From Callorhinchus milii (Eukaryota), in the NCBI RefSeq assembly GCF_018977255.1, contig NW_024705364.1, forward strand, positions 1 through 51,539: a stretch of DNA of 51,539 bases. Direction: 5' to 3'. Position numbers and translations under genes: made by a program. Every line of letters begins with the position of its first letter. Positions within the stretch are counted from its first letter, which is position 1. The notes beneath the pieces were generated by a model that did no database searches, was not told the origin of the DNA, and worked only from the letters and a program-made list of their open reading frames with translations. Of the stretch, positions 1-11,024 are shown in pieces.

Positions 1-701
1 CGCTGGGTAGGGATCGTGTGCCAGCGCGTAGTGATTGGCTGTGTGGGTGGTGACGCGCGCTGACGGTGAAGGATCAGGGGTCAGCGCGGGGTCGTGGTTA
101 TGTGGTGCTGATTGGCTGTGTGCGGTGACGCGCTTGAGAGGGAGTGATCGGGTGGCAGCGCGGTGTGATTGGTTGGGTAGTGGTAACACGCGCTGGGGAA
201 AACGGATCGTAGGAACAGCACGTCGTCATTGGTTAACTAAGGAGTGATGCTCACGTCGAGGTCCGCATCCGCTCCGTCTCCCGTGAGCGGGGACTATATA
301 AGGGGATGCACACAGGCGCACGGGCAGTGTGTAACCAGCGAAGGAAGAGATAAGGCCCTGCGGTACCTAGTCCCGCTGTCCTAAAGGGACCGGGACTCTG
401 TGTAACCAGAGGCGGAATGCAGTGTGTGTAGCCAGAGGCATAGGGTCTACACGAGTCAAGTGAAGTGTGTGTAGCCAGAGGCATGGGGTCTACACGAGTC
501 AAGTGAAGTGTGTGTAGCCAGAGGCATAGGGTCTACACGAGTCAAGTGAAGTGTGTGTAGCCAGAGGCATAGAGTCTACACGAGTTAAGTGAAGTGTATA
601 GTCAGAAGAATAGAGACCACACGTTGTATCGTGACACGTCAAGATTTAATAAAAAGTGTGTTACCCGTCAAGGAGTTCCTGCCGTCATTTCCAATACTTC
701 A
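1..701 (+). repeat. 5' LTR (first ~18 bp lie outside the window)
   Basis: Matches 5263-5970 and ends ...TACTTCA. Contains ATTGG (reverse CCAAT) boxes at 34, 111, 168 and 228, TATATAA at 295-301 and AATAAA at 648-653. Confidence 0.95.
422..593 (+). repeat. 4 x 43-bp tandem repeat in 5' LTR
   Basis: Unit GTGTGTGTAGCCAGAGGCATAGGGTCTACACGAGTCAAGTGAA starts at 422, 465, 508 and 551. Confidence 0.95.
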
Positions 702-703
702 AC

Positions 704-717
704 TGGCGTCAGAAGTG
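704..717 (+). promoter_or_regulatory. Primer-binding site, tRNA-Leu type
   Basis: TGGCGTCAGAAGTG lies 2 nt after the LTR end; 13/14 match to the complement of the tRNA-Leu(CAA) 3' end (TGGTGTCAGAAGTG). Confidence 0.8.
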
Positions 718-733
718 AAACGGTCTTCCAAGC

Positions 734-1771
734 ATGGATACAAGGAAGACCCGTCGGACCCACGGGATTGACCGTGAGGATAACCTTGACGACTCGGGCC
801 AGCTGGCATCGGGGGGTGAGGACGAAGAATTGCCCATGCTGCAGGATCCGCCGACGGCGCCGGGCGAGCGACGGGGGACCGATGCCGTGCTCCGCGAGGC
901 GCACTCCCGTCTGGCGGAGCTGCTGCTCGCCGCCGCGTCCATCCTGGCGGAAATCAGCTCGTCGGGAGAAGCGGGGACGGCGGCGGACATTCTACAGGGT
1001 CGCCCCGCAGATTCCCGCCAAAATGACTTGGCGATTCTCACCATTTCATCTGCGCCGACTTTTGGCGGGAACGGACACCACCACGTGGCGGCGGTTCTCC
1101 AAGCGCGCCCGCTTACGTCACCAACGCGCGCTGCGGACCGCCATCAGACACCCGCCACTGGGGCCGCCATCTTACACTCCGACGGGGCGGCGGAGAGGAA
1201 CCACGAGGCGGAGGACGACTTCATCTTTCAACAGCGCCTTCCCACATTGTCAGCCTTCAAGGCGGAAGGCGGGGACTGGGGCCAATTTCAGCGCAGGTTT
1301 TTGGCGCATCAGGAGATGTCCGCCTGGTCTGACGCTACGGTGCTGCGGGCACTGCCTGCCATGCTGGACGACAACGCGCTCGCGGCCTTCACGTCCGCAC
1401 GGAGGTCGGACCGCTCCACGCTTAAGGCTGCGCTGGGTCTCATGGCCAAGGTCTACGGACCTCCCTCGGCGTGTCGCCATCATTTTTATGCAAGGCGGAA
1501 GGCGGACACGGAGACCGCGCTCGCCTATCGCACGGCGTTGCTGGCTCTCGCCGACGCCGTGTTCCCTCGTATGGACCAGGAGGGCCAAGATGCGATGGTT
1601 TTGGAGCAACTGCTCAAGTTGGCGCAGGACATGGGGGTCCCAATCAATACGGCCGACGAGATTTATATTTTTTCCTTGCGGGTCGCTACAAGTATACAAG
1701 CGCACGAGGTCCTTCAACGTAAACAGGGGGTCGTCTGTAACGCTGCCGTGGCCTCAGCTCCGGGCCGGTAG
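734..1771 (+). CDS. gag: Gag-like protein of Gypsy element
   Basis: 345-aa ORF directly after the PBS. A frameshifted CCHC zinc knuckle (CYNCGL-GHVASGC) follows at 1912-1952. Confidence 0.8.
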   Translation: MDTRKTRRTHGIDREDNLDDSGQLASGGEDEELPMLQDPPTAPGERRGTDAVLREAHSRLAELLLAAASILAEISSSGEAGTAADILQGRPADSRQNDLAILTISSAPTFGGNGHHHVAAVLQARPLTSPTRAADRHQTPATGAAILHSDGAAERNHEAEDDFIFQQRLPTLSAFKAEGGDWGQFQRRFLAHQEMSAWSDATVLRALPAMLDDNALAAFTSARRSDRSTLKAALGLMAKVYGPPSACRHHFYARRKADTETALAYRTALLALADAVFPRMDQEGQDAMVLEQLLKLAQDMGVPINTADEIYIFSLRVATSIQAHEVLQRKQGVVCNAAVASAPGR

Positions 1772-2202
1772 TCACCGAACCCCAAGTCGTCAGCCCACGA
1801 GAGGAGGCGTTCACCGCGGGACGACCGGGGGACTGGAGGTCGGGGGGTCGTTCGCCTCTGCGATCGGCCCGCAAGCTGGAGCAACCGAGATCTCCGACGA
1901 CCCTCATCACGTGTTATAACTGCGGCCTCCGGGCCACGTGGCGTCCGGTTGCCGCGCCCCACGTCAGCGCGCCATGGGACCTCGGCTGGACGACGACCAA
2001 GGCCCCAAGTCATCCCTACTAACCCGGCAAGTCGTGGCACCTCACATGCTCGGCCTGCATGCTCGACACGCATGGGCCGTCGCGTTGCGGCGGAGGAGAG
2101 CCGGTTAGGGTTCGGGGATTCGGTTCGGCGAGGGGGGTTCGGCCGGGACCGGGGAGACATTAAATGGTTGGAGTTGGGGCACAGAATAGTGGCTGCCTCA
2201 GC

Positions 2203-3340
2203 ACTATTGTGCTGGTTAAAAGCAGGACGGGTCCTTGCGATTTTGCGTAGATTTCCGTCGCCTGAATAAGATCTCTGTGGCCGACGCGTATCCGCTCCCC
2301 AGGATGGACGAGTCCCTCGATGCATTGTCTGGTGCGCGATACTTTTCGACTCTTGATTTATTATCCGGATTCTGGCAGTTGCCACTCGACGAAGAGTCTA
2401 AACCTAAGACAGCATTTCGGACTCCAGGGGGCCTGTTTCAGTTTAACCGGTTACCCATGGGACTTCACTCCTCTCCTGCGACGTTTCAGCGCCTTATGGA
2501 GTTGGTTTTGTCGGGCTTGCAATGGGATACGTGCCTGATTTACCTTGACGATGTCATTGTTTTCAGTAAAACGTTTGAGAACACCTCCAGCGATTGAGAG
2601 GGGTGTTCTTGCGAATGCGATCGGCTAAATTAAAGTTTAAACCGGCCAAATGCCACCTTTTTCGTAAATCCGTTAGATACTTGGGTCACATTGTCGACTC
2701 TTCGGGGATTTCTACCGATCCTGCGAAGACGGACTGTGTCAGTTCATGGCCGACGCCCACGTCAGTTTCGGACGTGCGCAGTTTCATCGGTTTTGCTTCT
2801 TATTATCGCCGATTCGTTGAGCACTTCGCCACCATTGCAAAACCCTTGCACGCTCTAACGGCGAAAGGAGTGAAGTTCCGATGGGGACCGGAGGAGGAGG
2901 CTGCATTCTGCTCCCTCCGGGACGCCTTGGTGGGTGCCCCACCCTTGCGCTATCCGGACTTTGCGAGTCCCTTCTTGCTAGACACGGATGCTAGCAACAC
3001 GGGCATTGGGGGGTGCTGTCCCAAGTCGTTGGGGGGTCGAACGGGTGGTCGCCTATGGTAGCAGGGTGTTGTCGCCGGCAGAGCAGCGCTACTGCGTCAC
3101 CCGTCGCGAGCTGCTTGCCATTGTTTTTTTTGTACAACAATTCAGACCATATCTCTATGGTCGTCACTTTACGGTCCGGACGGACCACGCGGCGCTCCAG
3201 TATTCATTGCGGGTCGCCCAGCCCTCGGGCCAATTGTCACGGTGGTTGGAAGTCCTCCAGGACTATCAGTTCACGACTACATACCGTAAGGGGTTGCGAC
3301 ACACAAATGCCGATGCCCTGTCGCGGTTGTTGCCTTGTCA
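2203..3340 (+). pseudogene. pol: Gypsy pol reverse transcriptase + RNase H, frameshifted
   Basis: Motifs IVLVKK-DGSLRFCVDFRRLN, YPLPRMD, LDLLSGFWQ, MGL, YLDD, YLGH, LDTDAS, RELLAIV, TDH and NADALSR are split over ORFs 2235-2597, 2594-3061 and 2988-3485. Confidence 0.95.
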
Positions 3341-3505
3341 CAAATGTGCGTGCTTATCGGGATCGGCGCGCTGTAAACCGCCAGTTACGGAAGGTATGGG
3401 GGCGTTGGTTGCGACCGCGGCACACCAATTGGGGATGTTCCCGCTACCCCAGGGGGTCAGGACTCGCTGCTCTCACTGTCGCTGATTGAGTGGGGCCGTC
3501 TCCAA

Positions 3506-4684
3506 ATGGCGGACAGCTCCCTGCTAGCATTGCGCCGCAGGGTGGGGGGTTCCGAAGAGGACCAGGAACGAACTGGCTCCTACGTACTTAAGCAAGGCCT
3601 GTTAATGAGATGGGACAGTTTGTCCCGGCGGCACGCGATTGTGGTGCCTTCTGCTGTGAGGGGGAAGGTTGTCTTGGCCGCACACGAACGCCTCTTGCAT
3701 TTGGGAGTTAACAAAACGCTTGCCCTGCTTCAGCGTGACTATTATTGGCCGGGAATGGGGAGTGACGTGGTGAATATTCTGAAGGGTTGTGTTGAGTGCG
3801 CCAGACGGAAACCACCGCCCGTGGCAGCTAATCCACCGCTGCAATCTATTCAGGTCTCGCGCACTAACGAGCTCGTTGCACTCGATATTCTGGGGCCTTT
3901 TCCAGTCACGCCTAGGGGTAATAAGTACCTGTTGGTGGGGGTCGAATATTTTACCCGGTGGCCTATGGCGTGGCCACTCGCCAACCAGTCGGCGGCGGCT
4001 GTGACGGACGCCTTTGTCCAGGGCTACGTCCTGGACAAGGGGGCTCCCGAACGCTTGCTGACCGACCAAGGGAAAAATTTTTCGAGTAAATTACTGCAAG
4101 AGGTGTGCGACCTGTTGGGTACTAAGAAGGTGCGTACCTCCCCGTACCACCCGCAGACGGACGGGATGGTGGAGAGACTCCACAGGACATTGACTTCTAT
4201 GCTGTGCCAGCAGGTGTGTGAGGCACATGTTGATTGGGACCTGCAGGTCCCTGGGGTCCTCGCCGCGTATAGAATGGCCCCCCATGCAGCTACGGGATTT
4301 TCCCCGTTTTATCTGATGTACGGTCGGGAAGCCGACCCGCCCATGGAAACGCAGCTGGGCCTGCCCGCACCACGAACTAATTCGAAATTGGCAGAGCATA
4401 TTAAATTTAATATTCATAAGCTGACAGAGGCAAGGGAGGCCGCACGGCTTAATTCGCGGGCTCGCCAAATTGCAAACGAGCGGTTGCGTGCACGGAAGGT
4501 GTCCGTGCACAACTGGGAACCAGGTGACAGGGCCTGGCTGCATTGCCCTCAGGCACCTTTGGCTACGTCGCCTAAATTGTTGAAGCCATGGCGGGGACCC
4601 GTGGAGGTCGTGCGGGTTGCACGCCCCCAGTGCGTTCAGATAAAATGGGGAAACGCCGTTGGTACGTCCACCCCTCCCGACTGA
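3506..4684 (+). CDS. Gypsy integrase (pol C-terminal part)
   Basis: HHCC zinc finger (AHERLLHLG...CVEC), DDE triad (ALDI / TDQG / VER), SPYHPQTDG, and GPY/F-like WRGPVEV. Confidence 0.95.
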   Translation: MADSSLLALRRRVGGSEEDQERTGSYVLKQGLLMRWDSLSRRHAIVVPSAVRGKVVLAAHERLLHLGVNKTLALLQRDYYWPGMGSDVVNILKGCVECARRKPPPVAANPPLQSIQVSRTNELVALDILGPFPVTPRGNKYLLVGVEYFTRWPMAWPLANQSAAAVTDAFVQGYVLDKGAPERLLTDQGKNFSSKLLQEVCDLLGTKKVRTSPYHPQTDGMVERLHRTLTSMLCQQVCEAHVDWDLQVPGVLAAYRMAPHAATGFSPFYLMYGREADPPMETQLGLPAPRTNSKLAEHIKFNIHKLTEAREAARLNSRARQIANERLRARKVSVHNWEPGDRAWLHCPQAPLATSPKLLKPWRGPVEVVRVARPQCVQIKWGNAVGTSTPPD

Positions 4685-5235
4685 AACCGTTCTCGCCTCC
4701 ATATGGCCTCCCCTTGTGTCGTGAGGGCCGAGCATGTGACGTGACCGACGACCCTAAGGGGGAAATGTCTTTGCCTGATCCTCACATGTCTCCGCCTGAT
4801 CCGCTCCCAGGTGTCTCGGAACTGACAGCTGCCGACCACCGGCGGCCGGATCTTCGCGGCGGGGCCGGTCCTTCCAGGCCCGATCCGCGCCGTCTAGAGC
4901 TGCCGGAGCCACCGGACGGTCGCCAGCGTCCCGTCCCATACGACGGACCGGCCAGACGGACTCGCGCTAGGTCGCGCTACTTTTTATGACCTACCACGTG
5001 AGGAGTCGAGGCAGCCGGAGCGCCTCGTCACTGCGTTTAGTCACAGAGACACTTGGCGCGTTCGTTTCTGGAGTTCGCTTTTATTGTGTTGTTCGTCGGG
5101 CTGTATATTGCTTCTTATTTAAGTGTTGTGTTGTGTTGTTGTTGTTGCGTTACGGGGCACACTGGGGGGTGGGGTTTTTTTGCGTTGACGTTGGTTGTGT
5201 TGTTGGTTAGCAGCCGGGCCGGCTGCGAGCTATGT

Positions 5236-5244
5236 GGGAGGGGG
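5236..5244 (+). promoter_or_regulatory. Polypurine tract
   Basis: GGGAGGGGG immediately precedes the TGATGTA start of the 3' LTR. Confidence 0.8.
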
Positions 5245-5970
5245 TGATGTAGTGGTGATACGCGCTGGGGTAGGGATCGTGTGCCAGCGCGTAGTGATTG
5301 GCTGTGTGGGTGGTGACGCGCGCTGACGGTGAAGGATCAGGGGTCGTGGGTTATGTGGTGCTGATTGGCTGTGTGCCGGTGACGCGCTGAGAGGGAGTGA
5401 TCGGGTGGCAGCGCGGTGTGATTGGTTGGGTAGTGGTAACACGCGCTGGGGAAAACGGATCGTAGGAACAGCGCGTCGTCATTGGTTAACTAAGGAGTGA
5501 TGCTCACGTCGAGGTCCGCATCCGCTCCGTCTCCCGTGAGCGGGGACTATATAAGGGGATGCACACAGGCGCACGGGCAGTGTGTAACCAGCGAAGACTG
5601 AAGACGGGGAGGAAGAGATAGGGCCCTGCGGTACCTAGTCCCGCTGTCCTAAAGGGACCGGGACTCTGTGTAACCCAGAGGCGGAATGCAGTGTGTGTAG
5701 CCAGAGGCATAGGGTCTACACGAGTCAAGTGAAGTGTGTGTAGCCAGAGGCATGGGGTCTACACGAGTCAAGTGAAGTGTGTGTAGCCAGAGGCATAGGG
5801 TCTACACGAGTCAAGTGAAGTGTGTGTAGCCAGAGGCATAGAGTCTACACGAGTTAAGTGAAGTGTATAGTCAGAAGAATAGAGACCACACGTTGTATCG
5901 TGACACGTCAAGATTTAATAAAAAGTGTGTTACCCGTCAAGGAGTTCCTGCCGTCATTTCCAATACTTCA
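5245..5970 (+). repeat. 3' LTR (726 bp)
   Basis: TG...CA ends with imperfect terminal IR TGATGTA/TACTTCA; same 4 x 43-bp array at 5691-5862. Confidence 0.95.
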
Positions 5971-6100
5971 CTTGTGTTGCGATCGAAACGTCGTGGTTTT
6001 GTTTATTTTTTTATTATTATTTTTGAACCTATCTACGTGACTTTACCGAAAAACCCAATAATATAAATTCCTGCAGTCACGAAAGCTTCAAGTCAAGATT
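5971..6100 (+). repeat. Penelope-like pseudo-LTR 3' part (half hammerhead + terminal stem-loop)
   Basis: CTTGTGTTGCGATCGAAACGTCG...TACGTGACTTTACCGAAA...CTGCAGTCACGAAAGCTT matches copies at 9645-9865, 46383-47017, 49623-49777 and 51395-51539. Confidence 0.85.
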
Positions 6101-6384
6101 CATACAGCTCCTATCGTTAGTTAAACAAGGATATCAGGAAGACTGAGTGGTGTTTACATTGCCCGTCAGTAATTATGGTTAGTTTGACAATAGTACCAAC
6201 ATACTAATGCCACAATAGACAAACCTCTTTGGCTCATATTTGCAAATATTTCTACGCTTGATAATAAATATAAAACACCGTCACCAATCGTGATTTATTC
6301 TAACGGCCAGATGAAACATCTGAGTCACAGTGCATGATGTACACCGCGTACAATACAAACCTATTTCCTCTAGTGTTTGTGGTT

Positions 6385-6558
6385 CCAGTCATTGTGCTTC
6401 ATATGTGTGCCTATATCTGTGCACCAGACCTTTGTAGGCTCTTCAAGATCTCATACAGCATCCACACTCTACCAGCGACTTGAAAATCAGGCTCGGGTCC
6501 AGACCGAGTATCTTATGTCCTGTTGCCTTGGGTCATGACTATGCAAAGTGCTTCGATC
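6385..6558 (+). pseudogene. Decayed non-LTR (CR1/L2-like) RT remnant
   Basis: Conceptual translation IVLHMCA..PDLCRLFKISY..LPAT*K, then DYAKCFD (resembles DxSKAFD) just before the Tc1 TA site. Confidence 0.4.
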
Positions 6559-6560
6559 TA

Positions 6561-8152
6561 CAGTGAGGAAAAAAGTATTTGATCCCCTGCTGATTTTGTA
6601 CGTTTGCCCACTGACAAAGAAATGATCAGTCTATAATTTTAATGGTAGGTTTATTTGAACAGTGAGAGACAGAATAACAACAAAATCCAGAAAAACGCAT
6701 GTCAAAAATGTTATAAATTGATTTGCATTTTAATGAGGGAAATAAGTATTTGACCCCTCTGCAAAACATGACTTAGTACTTGGTGGCAAAATCCTTGTTG
6801 GCAATCACAGAGGTCAGACGTTTCTTGTAGTTGGCCACTAGGTTTGCACACATCTCAGGAGGGATTTTGTCCCACTCCTCTTTGCAGATCTTCTCCAAGT
6901 CATTAAGGTTTCGAGGCTGACGTTTGGCAACTCAAACCTTCAGCTCCCTCCACAGATTTTCTATGGATTAAGGTCTGCAGACTGGCTAGGCCACTCCAGG
7001 ACCTTAATGTGCTTCTTCTTGAGCCACTCCTTTGTTGCCTTGGCCGTGTGTTTTGGGTCATTGTCATGCTGGAATACCCATCCACGACCCATTTTCAATG
7101 CCCTGGCTGAGGGAAGGAGGTTCTCACCCAAGATTTGACGGTACATGGCCCCGTCCATCGTCCCTTTGATGCGGTGAAGTTGTCCTGTCCCCTGAGCAGA
7201 AAAACACCCCCAAAGCATAATGTTTCCACCTCCATGTTTGACGGTGGGGTGGTGTTCTTGGGTCATAGGCAGCATTCCTCCTCCTCCAAACACGGCGAGT
7301 TGAGTTGATGCCAAAGAGCTCCATTTTGGTCTCATCTGACCACAACACTTTCACCCAGTTGTCCTCTGAATCATTCAGATGTTCATTGGCAAACTTCAGA
7401 CGGGCATGTATATGTGCTTTCTTGAGCAGGGGGACCTTGCGCTGCAGGATTTCAGTCCTTCACGGCGTAGTGTGTTACCAACTGTTTTCTTGGTGACTAT
7501 GGTTCCAGCTGCCTTGAGATCATTGACAAGATCCTCCCGTGTAGTTCTGGGCTGATTCCTCACCGTTCTCATGATCATTGCAACTCCACAAGGTGAGATC
7601 TTGCCTGGAGCCCCACGCCGAGGGAGATTGACAGTTCTTTTGTGTTTCTTCCATTTGCGAATAATCGCACCAACTGTGTCACCTTCTCACCAAGCTGCTT
7701 GGCGATGGTCTTGTAGCCCATTCCATCCTTGTGTAGGTCTACAATCTTGTCCCTGACATCCTTGAGAGCTCTTTGGTATTGGCCATGGTGGAGAGTTTGG
7801 AATCTGATTGATTGATTGCTTCTGTGAACAGGTGTCTTTTATACAGGTAACAAGCTGAGATTAGGAGCACTCCCTTTAAGAGTATGCTCCTAATGTCAGC
7901 TCGTTACCTGTATAAAAGACACCTGGGAGCCAGAAATCTTTCTGATTGAGAGGGGGTCAAATACTTATTTCCCTCATTAAAATGCAAATCAATTTATAAC
8001 ATTTTTGACATGCGTTTTTCTGGATTTTGTTGTTGTTATTCTGTCTCTCACTGTTCAAATACACCTACCATTAAAATTATAGACTGATCATTTCTTTGTC
8101 AGTGGGCAAACGTACAAAATCAGCAGGGGATCAAATACTTTTTCCCTCACTG
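6561..8152 (-). mobile_element. Tc1/mariner DNA transposon, full length, IR/DR-type long TIRs
   Basis: TA target duplication (6559-60, 8153-54). TIRs of ~200 bp (6561-~6760, ~7950-8152) begin CAGTGAGG; each has two AAGTATTTGA(T)CCCCT direct repeats. Confidence 0.97.
6773..7786 (-). pseudogene. Tc1 transposase, frameshifted
   Basis: ATG at 7786 and TAA at 6773. Motifs [26 protein letters not shown] and WPSQS-DLNP (DD34E family) are spread over several frames. Confidence 0.93.
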
Positions 8153-9644
8153 TATACTGCTAGCTGCTTTATCACTTGACGTTATCATAATGTCTTGTTA
8201 ATCATCGGTATGGATCAACATTGTCAATAAAGCTACTGATTATTTTCCTATGTATTATATTGTTTTCTGTCAAACTCGGATCCATATCTAAGAGAGGGTC
8301 CTTGCCTATAAACAACTAGAACTTTACTTTAATTGGTTCAAGCCTCTTTCTGCTGTACGTCAAAACCAGACCAGAGTTTGCTTGTATTGTAACAATGCTG
8401 TTGTAATTATGCATTTTCAGAAGGCTGTGTGGCTGATTTGATGTTTAAAAATACTTGTTTTTGTAATGTTGAGTGATAGATGCGTGAAGGAGGCAGATTT
8501 CATATTTATAGCAAGGCAGTCTGGCCTGTTGTCCTTAACAGCTTTGGGAGCTGTGTGAATCTTGATGGTGGAAGGTTGTTTTTTTGCAACTTGGCATCGT
8601 CAACTTTAGATGACATTATGTATGCCACCTGTCAACAATCTGATGCACAGCCCCCACATTTTATCCCAGACAGTGCTGGGCAGCATTCAGTGCTAAGACA
8701 ATTAATATTTGCGCCAACTTTCGTGGTCAAACCCACAACAACCAACTCCATCAGATCGTCTACCTCAATGCCCAAGTAGAATTGAAAGTGGCTGAAACCC
8801 CGGATGCAATGCCCAGGATCTGAGTAGCCCTGGCTCAGTGCCCTAACCTATGTCAGCCGACGCCATCTCCTGCCACCGTCAAAAGTGAGACAACTCGGGT
8901 GTATGGCAAGACATTTTCTTATTCGGGCTTCATACGTGTTCAGTTTTTTTCGTTGGAGGTTGAAAATAAAGCAATTAATATCGAATACAAAATAGGCACT
9001 GATAAGCTTGAATGTAAAAGTGCACACACCCATGTGTCGCTATTTATAGTGCACAAAATTCAGCAACATACAGTAACACCAGCTGTGTATCCTTCAAGTG
9101 GAAAGGGTTTGGAAGGGAACGTGGCTACCACTCTTGAATGTCTTTCTACAGAAAGAAGTGTCTGCAGCTCTGAGTTTATTGATCAAGTAGAATTGTGATC
9201 CAGTAATTTGGAGACATATTTATGGTTAGTAGATTATGCAGGGATGCAGTAGTAATGTATACGAGACAGACCAGATGCAGGAGGGCGAGATGCTTGCTAC
9301 TCTATAGAAAATGTTCAACTGAAGCAAATGTTTTTCATTGTCATGTTGGTGAATATATATTTTATGTTGTTTAATGTGAATGTTGGTGTTGCGACAGAAA
9401 ACTGGTGACCCATTTCAGAATCAAATCCAGATTTCGAAAGTCAGGAACCAGTGATCGATTCCAGTGAAATTCCAGCTATAAAAGCACCGATTGGCACGCT
9501 TAAATGTATGCATCGCACTGCGGTCGGTTTAAGAGTATAATAATATACTTCATAGGTTAAGGCACAGCCCTGAACTTGCTACCAGACGTTCTCTCATATG
9601 CACGGACAGGCCACCATTCGGCAATCTCTGGCCGCAAAGCTGGG

Positions 9645-9865
9645 GCCTATTCTTTGGTTCTTTCGGTAAAGTCACGTAGATAGAGAAAATAACAATTATA
9701 AAAATAAAGTGAATAAAAATATCACGACGTTTCGATCGCAACACAAGCGGTCGTCATCAGGCAAATGAGTAAACCCTCCCCGTAGAGGTGGTTAAATTTT
9801 GACTTAAAACTGTTGTGACTGTAGGAATTCATATTCTTTGGTTCTTTCGGTAAAGTCACGAAATA
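9645..9865 (-). repeat. Penelope-like pseudo-LTR fragments (two partial copies)
   Basis: Two copies of TCTTTGGTTCTTTCGGTAAAGTCACG plus a hammerhead core between them. Confidence 0.8.
9722..9766 (-). ncRNA. Minimal type I hammerhead ribozyme motif (PLE type)
   Basis: Minus strand reads CTGATGA-cgaccgc-ttgtgtt-gcgatc-GAAA-CGTC; stem I is weak. Confidence 0.6.
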
Positions 9866-11024
9866 ACTTACAACATTAACAAGATTGCATTTTACTATAT
9901 AAACATCGATAACCTTTCTAACACGGTTAACATAACGATACAAAAAACTGTTATAACATCAACAACCTTGCTGTGTTCACCTCTGTTCACGCTCCATTAT
10001 TGCGTGCCTCCCCCTGCTGCTGCCACTAAACGCTGGGTTTAATTTCACGGGGGCGGATACTACCGCATCATAAACGAGGGTATCCACCACATCAGACATT
10101 AAGTTCTCTGTTCGTCCTGTAGCTGCTATAGATTTAAGGTCCATGAAAATGAGCGCAAAAATCTATTTTTCAGCCAATTGGCTGGAGTGATGTCATCACT
10201 GCCAACCGCTGACATGCAGCCCGTGTCTGCGAATCGCTTGCACCGAGCACAGGAACTTCGCTTTTCCTCACTACGCATTTTTGTAGCGTACACAAATCAC
10301 TCCCTGCTTAGATTTTTATACCAATTTCCACTGCCTTTTAGTAATTATAGTTTGCTATGTGCTCATGCCTCTGCTCATGTTATCCAGGACCAAAGGCCTG
10401 AGTACAGAAAATCTTAATTCCGAAAATGAAGTGATTTTAGTATTCAACGAATTTGTGTCGTGATAAAAGCCAAGTTTGCAGCTAATTCGCACGTCAGAAG
10501 TTGCTAGGGATGACGTCACTTCCACTCCACCACCAGCCAAAGGGCTACATCAGGGATTTCAGCGCCGTCACTGAAGCACCACGCTTCAGCGATAAGAATA
10601 TGTCAAAAGCATAGTCAATGATGCTATCGTGTACGGTGGAATGTGCATTTGGTCGGCCAATTTTAATGCCTGGTGTTGCAGGATCGACATTGTTGTTTAT
10701 GGTGAAAAGGGATGGGATTTTAAGAGGCGGCTGGTGAAGCAGTGGGGGCTCACTGATCGCTTTCTGCCACCGCTGCAGCCGTGTTTATGGTTCCAGTAGA
10801 CGAAAGGCAGGCAAGTTGCGGGCCAAGGTGGAGGGCGACACTGAGACACGCAAACTGCAGATCACAGCGACGGTGGCAGTCCACCCACCGTCATTGCTTC
10901 AGTCGTCCCTTGTCCGCGATAGGAATAGAAATTAGATTCAGTTTGACCTGATCAGTATGGGATTTTGCCTCTGGCCTCAGGTGGCAGGAATACATTTGTA
11001 CCGAGATCTGGAGGCATTGTGCTG

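Larger units (their letters stand above)
1..5970 (+). mobile_element. Ty3/Gypsy LTR retrotransposon (5' LTR slightly cut by window start; protease region missing)
   Basis: Two near-identical LTRs, PBS, PPT, gag, and RT-RNaseH-integrase domain order typical of Gypsy. Confidence 0.97.

Noticed and set aside
422..593. CRISPR-like appearance of the 43-bp array
   Set aside because: Units are contiguous with no unique spacers, no cas genes, and the array is part of an LTR.
594..1919. 441-aa Arg-rich ORF overlapping gag
   Set aside because: Alternative frame of GC-rich gag with no motif; non-ATG start.
8160..9500. Possible decayed DNA-transposon coding sequence (ORFs 8480-8779, 8899-9198)
   Set aside because: No motif recognisable with confidence.
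10636..10680. VECAFG motif suggesting a PIF/Harbinger transposase relic
   Set aside because: Single short motif with no supporting frame or TIRs; needs BLASTX.
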